Assembly: GCA_963713925.1 (NCBI GenBank)
Contig: OY970212.1
Location: 1-64,000 of the forward strand
Origin: an uncultured bacterium
GTDB taxonomy: Bacteria; Babelota; Babeliae; Babelales; Vermiphilaceae
Direction: 5' to 3'
DNA length: 64,000 nucleotides
Positions 40,505-50,870 of this stretch are shown in pieces. The position numbers and the translations under genes are program-made. Numbering within the stretch: position 1 is the first letter of the stretch; each line of letters starts with the position of its first letter. The notes beneath the pieces were generated by a model. The model saw nothing but the letters and a program-made list of their open reading frames with translations, was not told the DNA's origin and searched no databases.

Positions 40505-40759
40505 TTATGCCGATCGATAATAATGATCAATCAAAAAAGCAGTAAACGACTTCATCTCTTCTTGATATTCTTTTAATTTTTTCAACTTTTCACTTTCATC
40601 TCTTGTAATCTGAAATTCTCCACCAAAACTATAAAGTCTCTTAAGCGGACCAAGGATGAGAATTGTATCCCGATCAATTGTATGATCTTTATAAAACTCC
40701 GTGACTAAATTGTTCAATGGCACCGGTTTTAACTTTGAGAGCTTTTCGTCAAGTAGCAT
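40505..40759 (-). CDS. hypothetical protein or gene fragment
   Basis: 84-aa ORF, no motif recognised. Confidence 0.3.
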   Translation of the reverse strand: MLLDEKLSKLKPVPLNNLVTEFYKDHTIDRDTILILGPLKRLYSFGGEFQITRDESEKLKKLKEYQEEMKSFTAFLIDHYYRSA

Positions 40760-40864
40760 AGTAACAGGTCAGGCCGGCTTTTCCTAAAAAAACATTCACC
40801 GAAATATACCAATTAACAGCAACAAGAGCTTTCTCTCACTATGCAAACTGGCAATAATAATTAA

Positions 40865-41821
40865 TTAAAACTTATAACGAAGGCCGAAGGTAACAGGAAA
40901 CAGGATCTCTGCACCAATTTTTGCTGTATTAATGCTAAGTGAAGACAATTCTGTTACCGGAATAACGACGTTGTGACATGATGGTCCCCATCCTGCAACA
41001 ATTTCTGCAGCAATCATCAATGACCAGTCACAATTCAAGCAAATATCTACGCCTACTTCACCAGTAGCACTGAATGAGGTGCTGCTTTTGAAAATATTAA
41101 ATGATGGGGTGGTTGAGCTTTCAACCATACTGGTAAATGAAGATTCAACGAAACCACGGACACCAAAGTGATGGAGGAGCCCAGCTTTTATGCCAAGGAA
41201 CCATGCCATGTCTCCAAGAAAATCGCGAGGGAAGCAACGCATACGGTCAAAGTTGTAGCGATAACCAAAGTATGCACTTGCGTTTTCATATTTCGTCAGG
41301 TTGATATGGAGCAGAACTGGAACAGCCGCAGGATTCGTCACATTTGCTGCGAAATATTCATGCCTCTTTGGTGCTTGTACGTAATTGAACTGTAAAACCA
41401 CTTCATGATGTGTGTTGACTGCATAACCAAGTGTTGCCCCAATGGTCCATGGTGTTCTGAAAAGCTCATTAAACTTTGGAATCTTTATGCCGGTAATTGC
41501 TGTTTCTGCACAGTCGCTTTTACAACTGAATGACTCAATGAAAAATGGTGAAACACAGTTCGCATTGCAGCCCGTAGTACAATTTGTTGAACATGGACTG
41601 GTGGCAGCTGTGCTCAAAAAGCTCATGCAGCCACGATTTTTCCAGATGATTGGTGAAAGACCGCTCTGTAATCGAATATTGAATCCATCGGGATACAATG
41701 TATTTTTTGTACATTTTCGCACTTTATTGCAAGACGAATAATCAAATTGACATGCATTACCGAAAAGGCTGCTTGTTGAAACTAACAAGAGTGCAAGGGA
41801 TGCAAGCTTGATCTGCTTCAT
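40865..41821 (-). CDS. Cys-rich secreted protein with probable outer-membrane beta-barrel
   Basis: signal peptide; alternating beta-strand patterns (ATLGY, YFGYRYNF); C-terminal FGLRYKF. Confidence 0.6.
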   Translation of the reverse strand: MKQIKLASLALLLVSTSSLFGNACQFDYSSCNKVRKCTKNTLYPDGFNIRLQSGLSPIIWKNRGCMSFLSTAATSPCSTNCTTGCNANCVSPFFIESFSCKSDCAETAITGIKIPKFNELFRTPWTIGATLGYAVNTHHEVVLQFNYVQAPKRHEYFAANVTNPAAVPVLLHINLTKYENASAYFGYRYNFDRMRCFPRDFLGDMAWFLGIKAGLLHHFGVRGFVESSFTSMVESSTTPSFNIFKSSTSFSATGEVGVDICLNCDWSLMIAAEIVAGWGPSCHNVVIPVTELSSLSINTAKIGAEILFPVTFGLRYKF

Positions 41822-42020
41822 AATTTTCTCCTCATTACAAACGCTTTTTGGGGATATCTTAATGAGAATTTGTAGGAGCAAGCAATAAAAACTTTAAAAG
41901 CGCAACAGCAATGGACCTTCTGGCTTCCATGTACCAATTTTTGTTATTATGCAAATAAAAGGTACATTTGCTCAATTTTATTTTTGATAAGAAATCGCAT
42001 CCGAAAAAGGATAATTAGCT

Positions 42021-43400
42021 ATGAAGATATCGAGATTGCAGTGGATTATTATCGGATTATGCGTAATCGGTATCCTGGTTGTGGGGATTGCGACATATCG
42101 CTCCCACAGACTCTTGCATGCCGCTGAGCAAGTGTATGTGTATGCGTATCCGCTTGTATTGATGGACGTGACTGAAAAAATTATGACTCATAATGGAACA
42201 TATAAAAATCAATTTATCAACGTTCCTGAATTTCCTACGGAGAATTTTAAACATATTGTTCGTCCCAATGTAGACACGCTCTATTCATTTGCATGGCTTG
42301 ATTTAGCTCAAGAGCCGCAGATAGTATCGGTTCCTGATACGGGCGATCGCTATTATTTAGTGGAAGTTTTGGATGCTTGGACTAACGTTTTTGCATCACT
42401 CGGCAAACGCACGACTGGCACTCAGGCTCAAAACTTTATTATCGTTGGCCCAGGTTGGCAGGGAATTGTGCCACATGAGTTTACCAAAATTCAAGCTCCT
42501 ACCAACATGGTTTTGCTTTTAGCACGCACACAAACGTATGGTAAAAAAGATTATGCTCATGTGCATGATATCCAAGAAGGATATGTAGTTATCTCATTGA
42601 GCAATTGGGGTAAAACAGACACTCAAAAATTAATGCCGATCCCCAAAGATACTGCCAATCAAACGCAACAAGCGCCAGTAGACCAAGTAGCTGCAATGGA
42701 CGCACAAACTTTTTATACCTTATTTGCGCGATTACTTAAACAGAATCCTCCTGCTGCTGCTGCTGATGGGCCTATGATTGAAAAACTCAAGCAGTTTGGT
42801 TTTGAACGAGGCAAGGATTTTGAGTTCAACAAATTGAGGGCAGATTTGAGAAAAGCATTAAGCAACTCGATGAAAAAAGCTTTCAGAGCTATTGCTACAA
42901 AAAAAGATACGCTTAAAAACGTACATGGTTGGGGCGTGATGTATAATATCGGAACCTATGGCACCGATTATACTACGCGCGCAATGGTTGCTTATATCGG
43001 CATAGGCGCAAATCTACCGGAAGATGCCTTGTATCCTACGGCTTTTGTAGATGCTCACGGCAATCCTTTGAATGGCAAAAATAATTATCGTATTCATTTT
43101 GCTAAAGGCCAATTACCGCCAGCCAATGCTTTTTGGTCTATCACGCTGTATGATGCACAAAGTTTTCTGGCGAAAAATTCTCTGAATCGCTATTCGCTTA
43201 ATGATCAAGATCCATTACATTTTAACCCTGATGGTTCGCTTGACGTGTACATTCAGCATGAATCGCCAGGCGTTAATAAGCAAGCTAATTGGCTTCCGGC
43301 ACCGCAAGGCGCATTTAACCTCACGATGCGTTTATATTGGCCAAAAAGAGAGGCATTAGATGGCAGTTGGAATCCACCAGCGATTGAAAAGGTTATGTAA
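42021..43400 (+). CDS. DUF1254/DUF1214 domain protein
   Basis: YVYAYPLV, RPNVDTLYS, IVGPGWQG, FWSITLYD, NWLPAP, RLYWP motifs. Confidence 0.9.
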   Translation: MKISRLQWIIIGLCVIGILVVGIATYRSHRLLHAAEQVYVYAYPLVLMDVTEKIMTHNGTYKNQFINVPEFPTENFKHIVRPNVDTLYSFAWLDLAQEPQIVSVPDTGDRYYLVEVLDAWTNVFASLGKRTTGTQAQNFIIVGPGWQGIVPHEFTKIQAPTNMVLLLARTQTYGKKDYAHVHDIQEGYVVISLSNWGKTDTQKLMPIPKDTANQTQQAPVDQVAAMDAQTFYTLFARLLKQNPPAAAADGPMIEKLKQFGFERGKDFEFNKLRADLRKALSNSMKKAFRAIATKKDTLKNVHGWGVMYNIGTYGTDYTTRAMVAYIGIGANLPEDALYPTAFVDAHGNPLNGKNNYRIHFAKGQLPPANAFWSITLYDAQSFLAKNSLNRYSLNDQDPLHFNPDGSLDVYIQHESPGVNKQANWLPAPQGAFNLTMRLYWPKREALDGSWNPPAIEKVM

Positions 43401-43552
43401 TTAAGCCCCCTTCACAAGATGCCTGGTTTTTATACTTTCAATCAAATATTGTGGCTTTAAATTCTTTATAAAATATATAATCGATATTATAAATCCGTCA
43501 CTTTTTTAGAAATGTTAACTCATGTATAACCTTCTATATTCGAGGTCTCATT

Positions 43553-44017
43553 ATGATAATACGCATTAACGCTTTTACTCAAAGTCATGGTAATACAATA
43601 CCTAAAAAATATACCTGTGACGGAGAAGATATTTCTCCTGAAATTATCTGGGATGAAGTGCCTGAAAAAACGGAAAGTTTTGTGCTTATTATGGAAGGTC
43701 TTGATGTTCCTCATAGAAGCAATCCCTTAGTATTATGGGTTGTCTATAATATTCCCGGTACAGCACGAAACATAGCATCAAATTCTATTCCTAAAGAAGC
43801 AAAAGTCGGTATCAATGATTTAGGGAAAAAACAATATAATGGACCATGCCCAAAACCCGGAACGCATCATCAAAGATATCGTGCTACATTATATGCATTA
43901 GACAAAACATTTGTGTTTTTACCTGATGATGTAACAAAAGAAGTTCTTGTGAAAGCCATGAAAAATCACGTTTTAGGAACGGCCGAAGAAATTGCTTTTG
44001 GTGAGCGACACGGATAA
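43553..44017 (+). CDS. YbhB/YbcL (PEBP) family protein
   Basis: IPKKYTCDGEDISP, WVVYNIP, YNGPCP, YRATLYALD. Confidence 0.9.
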   Translation: MIIRINAFTQSHGNTIPKKYTCDGEDISPEIIWDEVPEKTESFVLIMEGLDVPHRSNPLVLWVVYNIPGTARNIASNSIPKEAKVGINDLGKKQYNGPCPKPGTHHQRYRATLYALDKTFVFLPDDVTKEVLVKAMKNHVLGTAEEIAFGERHG

Positions 44018-44094
44018 ACCTCAGCTAAATAGCAATTGCTTGATGTTCAAAATTAAGGTATAAACCGTTCATCGAGTCTTCAATGCCAACGATA

Positions 44095-44157
44095 CATTAA
44101 AAAGGATAAGCCGGCTTTCTACCCCAAGAATAGAAAGCCGGCTTATCCTTTTTAATG
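44095..44157. terminator. perfect 27-bp inverted repeat (bidirectional terminator-like)
   Basis: CATTAAAAAGGATAAGCCGGCTTTCTA, 9-nt loop, exact reverse complement; between convergent genes. Confidence 0.65.
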
Positions 44158-44211
44158 AAAAACCCTTAGGGCCCGTTGGGTTTTTATAACATCACTGAAG
44201 TCGCTTTCAAT

Positions 44212-44417
44212 CGTTCGTATGGTTCGACTAACGCTTATACCCCTAATTTCGCTTACGCTGCATTGGGGACCCCGAAATCACGAACGCGTGGAACTTTCCT
44301 GTAACCCCAATTAGTCTTTTTTTATTTTTTCGCGTTCGTGGGGTCCCCAATCGTAACGTCAGTGGTGATTGGGGTTATCATGGTGAGTGTAGCGTAGCGG
44401 AATCGAACCATACGAGC
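44212..44417. repeat. inverted pair of family A elements each carrying a family B element
   Basis: CGTTCGTATGGTTCGA...GGGGACCCC...CACGAACG and CGTTCGTGGGGTCCCC...TCGAACCATACGA. Confidence 0.75.
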
Positions 44418-44453
44418 TTCCAAATTTTTTACACTTTCAAAACTCAACAGAAC

Positions 44454-46271
44454 CTAGATCGAATTCACGTTATTTCCAAAACGAAAATCCTGTTTAATAA
44501 TATCAAACACTCGATCAAAGTGGGCAATGCCAGGCTTAAGTGTATATGTACTCTTAAAAATGCCATCAGTAATTTTGACTTCCATAGTGTGGTTGCGCAC
44601 TCGTTCAGGATATTCTTTTTCAAGATTTGTAAGTTCCGGGTAATGCGTTACAAAAACGCACCCGATTGAAGAAATGCTCGCAAGCACTCGAGCGTATTCG
44701 CAGGCAAGCTCTTGTCCTTTTTGAAAGCTGGTGCCTTTGAATAATGAATCATCTACTAATAAAAGCACGGGAGCTTTATCTTGAAATAAGCGGGCAGTTT
44801 CAATTGACGCTTCAGCTTTGATCATCTCAGAAACCATTAATGATCTGTCTTTTGTGCTATCATCAGTAACAACAATGTGCGTCATTAAATGGGCAAAATA
44901 GGTCATTAGAAGTTCGTTTGCAGGAGCAATGCCATAGGTCTGTGCAAGAACAACTGCTCTTCCGATTGATTTCAAGAGACATGATTTTCCCGATTTATTA
45001 GGGCCAGTTAAAATTATCATTGACCCATGCGCTTTATCAAGATGCACTGCATTGCCAACAATTTCGGTCTTATTAATAGTGGTATCCCACAAATTATCTG
45101 CCAGAAAAACAGGGCTTACATCTTCAACAAACTCAACCATACATACAGGTCTATTGGCTTTTTGGCATTCAACATACCAAGATGCTACGCTTGTGAGAGC
45201 ATCAATATCGCCAATGAGGCTCAAAAGATTGTTCAATTCTGATGAATACTCCTTCATCATTGCATAATGCACCAATAATTTTCCCGATCGAGCAAATTTT
45301 TGGGATGATTGTTTTGCATATCTTTTATCGTGCAAGAACCGCCTCATCTTTTTATCATGCAGCATCGCAATAATCTTATTATACTCTTCGTTGGACAAAT
45401 CAAACAAAGAGGAGCGATAACCCATTTGCTCTATTTCCGAAACTAACACATCAGCCACATGCAAAGCTTTCTGCGCCATTGCAGTGCGATATGAAATTTG
45501 ATCAAGCACATTACGCTCAAATGTAATCTGGTCCCACATCTCTTTCACCCCACCAATATGGAGGGCAAAATGGATCCCTTTGATTGCCGTAAATCCATAG
45601 CGGAGAATTGATGATGCACCTGCAGGTGCCTCAAGATGATTTATACAAACATGACCATGATGTCCATGCCCTTCATGAGTACATTCGTGATTACTCGATT
45701 CACCAAACCATGTGGCCATACGGTCGAGCCCGAAATGCAAGAGAAGATGCTCAAACAGTGGGCCAAACAGGCCGAAATACTTACCTACTGAGAGCACATC
45801 CAGCGCAAAGGAAGATCTATTACAGAATTGTAAAAGACGACTGGAATAGTAAAATGATTGAACTGCACGCTCTGCAATCGGATCAAGATCAACAGAAATT
45901 TTCTGAAGATATAACTCATACTCACGGAACTCTTTCAGCAGTTTCTGTAGTCGAATGAGTCTTTGCTCATCATTTATAACATGAGATATTAATACAGCTC
46001 TTTGTTTCACAACCATTTTGTCCTGAGGAATATGAACCAAATGATCTGCAATACGTTTACTTCCTATAATTGTCTGAGTTCTGCCAATGTTATTGAGGAA
46101 ACAGTCTGTTTGATCTTTAGATACAATATTCAAATCTCTTATCAGATCGGCTGAATAAAAAAGTGTATCAGATATACTCTGGTGGTCGTGATCAAGTGAA
46201 TCGCAGGAGCATACATTGGAAAATAAAAGCAATATGAATACAATTGATTTAATTGCATTTTGAAATAACAT
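44454..46271 (-). CDS. MutS domain V-like ATPase with signal peptide
   Basis: IGDIDAL, ILTGPNKSGKS, LAQTYGIAP, LLVDDSLFKGT, FVTHY motifs; no mismatch-binding domain I. Confidence 0.8.
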   Translation of the reverse strand: MLFQNAIKSIVFILLLFSNVCSCDSLDHDHQSISDTLFYSADLIRDLNIVSKDQTDCFLNNIGRTQTIIGSKRIADHLVHIPQDKMVVKQRAVLISHVINDEQRLIRLQKLLKEFREYELYLQKISVDLDPIAERAVQSFYYSSRLLQFCNRSSFALDVLSVGKYFGLFGPLFEHLLLHFGLDRMATWFGESSNHECTHEGHGHHGHVCINHLEAPAGASSILRYGFTAIKGIHFALHIGGVKEMWDQITFERNVLDQISYRTAMAQKALHVADVLVSEIEQMGYRSSLFDLSNEEYNKIIAMLHDKKMRRFLHDKRYAKQSSQKFARSGKLLVHYAMMKEYSSELNNLLSLIGDIDALTSVASWYVECQKANRPVCMVEFVEDVSPVFLADNLWDTTINKTEIVGNAVHLDKAHGSMIILTGPNKSGKSCLLKSIGRAVVLAQTYGIAPANELLMTYFAHLMTHIVVTDDSTKDRSLMVSEMIKAEASIETARLFQDKAPVLLLVDDSLFKGTSFQKGQELACEYARVLASISSIGCVFVTHYPELTNLEKEYPERVRNHTMEVKITDGIFKSTYTLKPGIAHFDRVFDIIKQDFRFGNNVNSI

Positions 46272-46533
46272 AAAAATCCTAACAATGGGGGAAAATGGTA
46301 TCTATCTGGTAGAAAATGGAATTAATGTGAGATAAAAAATAACTCTAATAAAAGTATGCAAAAGAATATCAAATCAGGTTAATCTCGTCAAAATGGCATA
46401 TCGTATCTCGTAGTCTGAATCACAATTATGCAAGCCTATAATGTTGATTCTATAACGAGACCGTATTGCATACCTCAAAAAATTGTTTCTATTAATTCGT
46501 AGTTTTATGAGATCTGGCTACCAGAAGCAGGAC

Positions 46534-48228
46534 CTAACCTCCGAAAGTGAATGCATATAAAGATACATTCTCGGGTACCTGTAATGTAAGGGTATGACGC
46601 CCCATTGGTTTTTTAAAGTCAAGAACCTTATACATACGTGACGTATTTACTTTAATTTCACCCTGACTATTCATATCATCCGTGTAAAACTCCGGTGGTA
46701 ATGGCTGACCATCGAGCATAACAGTAACCAAGCTCGGTTTTTCTGCTGACATTACAAGGTATACGTGTTGCCCAATAAAGTTTAATGACAATCGAGCATC
46801 GCTTCCCTTTGAAGTAATAGATTCAGACAAAACAATCCACTTACCCTTCAAACCGACTTCGTCGGGCGCGAGCACAGTATGGTAATCATAGGCCATCGTT
46901 TTATCATGCTCTATTGTCAGTTCACTTGTATAATGTTCTGCTCGCTTATAGCCCAAATATATCTCAGGGGTTTGCTGTGATAGCGCTTGTTGCTTTTCAC
47001 TTTCTACGAGCGGAGCAAGCCCCAAAAGTGAACGTATCTTATTTTCTGTTTTTACATATTCGCCTTCACCAAAGTGGATGTACTGTATGACGCCCTGTTT
47101 ATCTATCAGATAGTGGGCTGGCCAGTAACGATTATGATATGTCTTCCAAGTGGCAAAGTTATTGTCGAGCGCCACAGGATACTCGATTTCAAATCGCTTA
47201 ACGGCATCTTTAACATTCGTCGAACTTTTTTCAAATTCAAACTCTGGGGTATGGACTCCAACGATAACCAATCCTTGATTCTTATATGTGGCGTACCACT
47301 TTTTAAGAAAGGGAAGTGTCCGCACACAATTAATGCAGCTGTATGTCCAAAAATCGATCAATACGACGGAACCTTCTAATTGTTTTATGGTGAGTGCAGG
47401 TGAATTGATCCATTCAATAATTCCTGTAAATTCCGGTGCGCGGGCACCAATGACCGGTGCAGGTGAACTATTGCTCATCGAAGCTCCTTGTAAAGTATCT
47501 AATTCTTTTTTAACATACGTGTTCTCTTCAATCTTTATTGTAGGAAAATATTTAAGAGCAAATTGCTGCAAAATAACGTCAAAATGAAATGCTATCGCAC
47601 ATGCACCAAGTATCATCAATACGCCAAATATTTTACGAATGGCTTCTGTATAAGGAGCAATTGCACTTATTGATGTAACGATCCTATTTCCACCATATAT
47701 AATGAAAAACATGGGCAATGCGGTGCCACAGCTATATGCTATGGTTACCATAACAGTGCTCCACGTTATCGACCCTGTTGCCACGAGCGTAGTAACGGTT
47801 GCTAAAATAGGTCCAGCACATGGTGCCCAGATTAAACCCAATGCAATTCCCAAAATAAATCCTGAAGCAAATCCCGTTCCCGCTGTGCTCGCACCTTGTA
47901 TTTTATTTCCCAAACCCGCAAGAGGCGCCGTAAATAGGAAAAATAATTTTTCAATCCGGGGGAATAGCAATGTCAGTCCAAAAAATAGTATGAGCCCCAG
48001 AGAAATGTATCGTAAAACATCGGGGGAAACACCCGTTGCATGCACGAGTCCCGTGAGCGATAACGTAAAAAACGTAAAGCTCATAATTAATCCGATGATG
48101 ATCCCATAGGGACGATACTTCCCTTGCCCCACTCCTGCAGAAAGAAGCAAAGGCAATACCGGAAGTATGCAGGGAGAAAGCACTGTAATAATACCCGAGA
48201 GAAAAGCAAACATCAGCAATAATAACAT
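46534..48228 (-). CDS. dipZ: cytochrome c biogenesis protein DipZ (CcdA membrane domain plus thioredoxin)
   Basis: LSPCILPVLP, WAPCAGP, DFWTYSCINC, GVHTPEF, C-terminal YAFTFG. Confidence 0.92.
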   Translation of the reverse strand: MLLLLMFAFLSGIITVLSPCILPVLPLLLSAGVGQGKYRPYGIIIGLIMSFTFFTLSLTGLVHATGVSPDVLRYISLGLILFFGLTLLFPRIEKLFFLFTAPLAGLGNKIQGASTAGTGFASGFILGIALGLIWAPCAGPILATVTTLVATGSITWSTVMVTIAYSCGTALPMFFIIYGGNRIVTSISAIAPYTEAIRKIFGVLMILGACAIAFHFDVILQQFALKYFPTIKIEENTYVKKELDTLQGASMSNSSPAPVIGARAPEFTGIIEWINSPALTIKQLEGSVVLIDFWTYSCINCVRTLPFLKKWYATYKNQGLVIVGVHTPEFEFEKSSTNVKDAVKRFEIEYPVALDNNFATWKTYHNRYWPAHYLIDKQGVIQYIHFGEGEYVKTENKIRSLLGLAPLVESEKQQALSQQTPEIYLGYKRAEHYTSELTIEHDKTMAYDYHTVLAPDEVGLKGKWIVLSESITSKGSDARLSLNFIGQHVYLVMSAEKPSLVTVMLDGQPLPPEFYTDDMNSQGEIKVNTSRMYKVLDFKKPMGRHTLTLQVPENVSLYAFTFGG

Positions 48229-48322
48229 TCTTTTTACCTACCGTTTTCAATGAGCATTGTATGAAAATTGTATTTCAAGCTTTTCCTGCGCCTCGCTTGC
48301 CACAAACGATTATGTCTATCGT

Positions 48323-48367
48323 CCCGTTCGTGGCGAGCAGAGTGCAACGGAGTCGAACCATACGAAC
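48323..48367. repeat. minimal family A palindromic element
   Basis: CCCGTTCGTGGCGAG...GTCGAACCATACGAAC, without the family B insert. Confidence 0.7.
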
Positions 48368-48487
48368 TTCCTTATTGAATTTTCGGTTAAGTTTTTAATA
48401 TTCAAGGGCCATAAATCTCCATGACTCTTTAAATCTGGAGATATAAGGCCCTCATTGTTTTTTAAAACACAATCTTTTAAATGAGTA

Positions 48488-48841
48488 TTATTTTTTTGCT
48501 TTTTTATCGACAAGCTCAAGAAGCTCTTTTGCGGCTTTTACAATTTCCTTGTGACCTTTTTTTTCTGCCTGAGCGATTGTATGAACGAGAGCAGAACGTT
48601 GCACTTCCTTTAAATCTCCATGGGGATATTCATAATGCTGTTTTACGTTATCAGGAAATTGATCATTTTTACCTAAAAACCATTCTCCATATTCGCTCAT
48701 ATCATGAACATCTATAAACCGTTCTACCTCTGATGGTGTGGGCTTTTCTGCTTCCCAGTTAGAATCAAATGATTCAATCTCACCTGCTTTGATAAGATAC
48801 TTTGCGCGATCAACTGCCGCCTTGTTCAATGTGATAGCCAT
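48488..48841 (-). CDS. hypothetical protein
   Basis: well-formed ORF with GGGAG RBS; EYGEWFLG...YEYPHGD motif. Confidence 0.65.
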   Translation of the reverse strand: MAITLNKAAVDRAKYLIKAGEIESFDSNWEAEKPTPSEVERFIDVHDMSEYGEWFLGKNDQFPDNVKQHYEYPHGDLKEVQRSALVHTIAQAEKKGHKEIVKAAKELLELVDKKAKK

Positions 48842-48898
48842 TTTACACTCCCATATTTTAACAAACACTATATATTCTAAGGATACAACTACGCGGAT

Positions 48899-49276
48899 TT
48901 ACTTCTTGAGCAACTTCTGAATTTGCTCTTCGAGTTTTGCAATTTTTTCTCCGTATAGTTTGAGTAAGTTTTGCATTGCAGCCAAGGAGACCACTTCAAA
49001 ATCTGATCCGGAAACAACATCTTCAGCAACAATTTCAAGCGTTGCCGGCTCTTGTGACTCTTGCAACTCTCGTACAGCACGGGTGATTTCTGCTCCATTC
49101 AAAAATAACTGGCCCGTCACCCACAGACAATTCACACATAACTTATCTATTTTTTTAACTTTATCGCGCACATCAGCTTGAACGGTCTCTGAGTCGTGTA
49201 GAGAAATGCTCGCTGTTTCTTCTTGTGCTGATGCCAAAAAGGGAACAAAAAAGAATAGAATGATGGCTGATTTCAT
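48899..49276 (-). CDS. secreted hypothetical protein with C-terminal coiled coil
   Basis: MKSAIILFFFVPFLASA signal; KIAKLEEQIQKL. Confidence 0.55.
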   Translation of the reverse strand: MKSAIILFFFVPFLASAQEETASISLHDSETVQADVRDKVKKIDKLCVNCLWVTGQLFLNGAEITRAVRELQESQEPATLEIVAEDVVSGSDFEVVSLAAMQNLLKLYGEKIAKLEEQIQKLLKK

Positions 49277-49391
49277 AGTAGGAATCCTTTTGGAAAAAGA
49301 GTATGATCATTTTGCTTTTCGCCTTGATAATAGTCAGGCGCTACTTGCTAAGTCAATGATCCCATGCTTCAAAAAAAGAAAGGAGAAAATC

Positions 49392-50000
49392 ATGAAACGC
49401 TTTTGTCTGTTCCTACTTTCAATACTTGTCATGCGTGCATATGGCGCGGAAGAACAAGCTCAAAAACCATGTTGTCCAAATCTTCAAACTATTGCTTACA
49501 AAGCAACTTCATTTCTCGCAAACTTATTTTTTATCAGAAATGATTATCTTTACCTGGCTTACTCAGATGATATCTGGCGACTACAGATGAAGTTGCAGGT
49601 AAAAGAAGAAATCGAAGATGTTGATCGCTACTATTCACGATATAGATATTTAATTAATGGAAACGATATTCCTATTTATTATACTCCGCTGCATGAAGCA
49701 GTAGAGAGGGGACATCTGAAAGCTGTTCTTATGCTTGTGGATGCCGGAGCTGATAAAAATAAATGCATACGATTCAACAGCCTCCTCCCTCATGAAAAAG
49801 CTAAACATTGCGATACCTTCCTTATCGTACGGTCTTCGGCTGGAACAGAAAGAATCGAGAACCAAGCGGCTCAAGAAAAGATTGAAAAATGGAAAAGCTC
49901 ACACCATGTTGGACTTTCAGCGCTTGACTTGGCACAAAAATTGATGGCTGAAGATTGGTCGACGGAACGAGGACGAATCATGCTATTTTTAACAAAATAA
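49392..50000 (+). CDS. secreted ankyrin-repeat protein
   Basis: TPLHEAVERGHLKAVLMLVDAGADKN and GLSALDLA; signal peptide; AAGGAG RBS. Confidence 0.8.
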   Translation: MKRFCLFLLSILVMRAYGAEEQAQKPCCPNLQTIAYKATSFLANLFFIRNDYLYLAYSDDIWRLQMKLQVKEEIEDVDRYYSRYRYLINGNDIPIYYTPLHEAVERGHLKAVLMLVDAGADKNKCIRFNSLLPHEKAKHCDTFLIVRSSAGTERIENQAAQEKIEKWKSSHHVGLSALDLAQKLMAEDWSTERGRIMLFLTK

Positions 50001-50011
50001 GAATAATAGTT

Positions 50012-50821
50012 ATGACTCACATTAAAAAAATAGTTCGCGGCGTCGTATCAGCATCGCTGATATGTTCTATTCCATTATATGCCACAAAATTAGAGAGGGG
50101 ATCTATGAGCGTTTCAAATACCAAAGGATATTTTATACGAAGAGCAAAAGAGCGCGGCCATTTGAGTCATGGGTGGCTCGATACATTCCACACTTTTTCT
50201 TTTGCCGATTATCATGATCCAAACTACATGGGTTTTCGTACCTTGCGCGTTATTAATGAAGACACCATAGCCCCCGGGCAAGGATTCGGCACACATGCTC
50301 ACGACAACATGGAAATCATCACCGTCATGCTCAAAGGGGAAATAGCGCACAAAGACAGCATGGGCAATGAGCACATCATTCATGAACATGAGATTCAAGC
50401 AATGAGCGCGGGCACCGGTGTGCGCCATAGTGAATACAATCCATCAAAAACGAATAGTTCTCACCTTTTGCAAATTTGGATTATTCCTGACACAAAAGGG
50501 ATCAAGCCGCGTTATCAAGAAAAGAAATTGCCTCAAAAAGTAAATACATGGATCTTGCTTGCATCAAAAACAGGTGAACAAGATTCATTGCCGATTCAGC
50601 AGGATGTAAAGTTATACACGCTCAGCTTAGCTCCCGGGAGCACCATAGACAGACAATTGGATGCAAACCGCTATGGCTGGATACAAGTTATGGAAGGTGA
50701 TCTGACTTTAAATGATGAACAGCTACATGCGGGCGATGGCGTTGCGCTCGATCAAGAGCTACGCATAACTCTCAAAGCGGAACAAAAAGAAGCAAAATTG
50801 TTATTTTTTGATTTGAACTAA
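50012..50821 (+). CDS. pirin family protein (YhhW-like)
   Basis: HGWLDTFHTFSFADY, GFGTHAHDNMEI, HKDSMGN, MSAGTGVRHSE, LQIWI; alternative start at 50105. Confidence 0.93.
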   Translation: MTHIKKIVRGVVSASLICSIPLYATKLERGSMSVSNTKGYFIRRAKERGHLSHGWLDTFHTFSFADYHDPNYMGFRTLRVINEDTIAPGQGFGTHAHDNMEIITVMLKGEIAHKDSMGNEHIIHEHEIQAMSAGTGVRHSEYNPSKTNSSHLLQIWIIPDTKGIKPRYQEKKLPQKVNTWILLASKTGEQDSLPIQQDVKLYTLSLAPGSTIDRQLDANRYGWIQVMEGDLTLNDEQLHAGDGVALDQELRITLKAEQKEAKLLFFDLN

Positions 50822-50822
50822 A

Positions 50823-50850
50823 AAAAGACCCGGCAAAAAAGCCGGGTCTT
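50823..50850. terminator. intrinsic terminator
   Basis: AAGACCCGGC-AAAAAA-GCCGGGTCTT between convergent genes. Confidence 0.7.
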
Positions 50851-50870
50851 CTCAAATTCAAAAGTGAATT

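Noticed and set aside
36823..40759. Prophage or intact integrative element
   Set aside because: No integrase, transposase, replication or structural genes seen
42752..42764. GCT trinucleotide run as a phase-variation tract
   Set aside because: Only four in-frame units encoding Ala; too short to support
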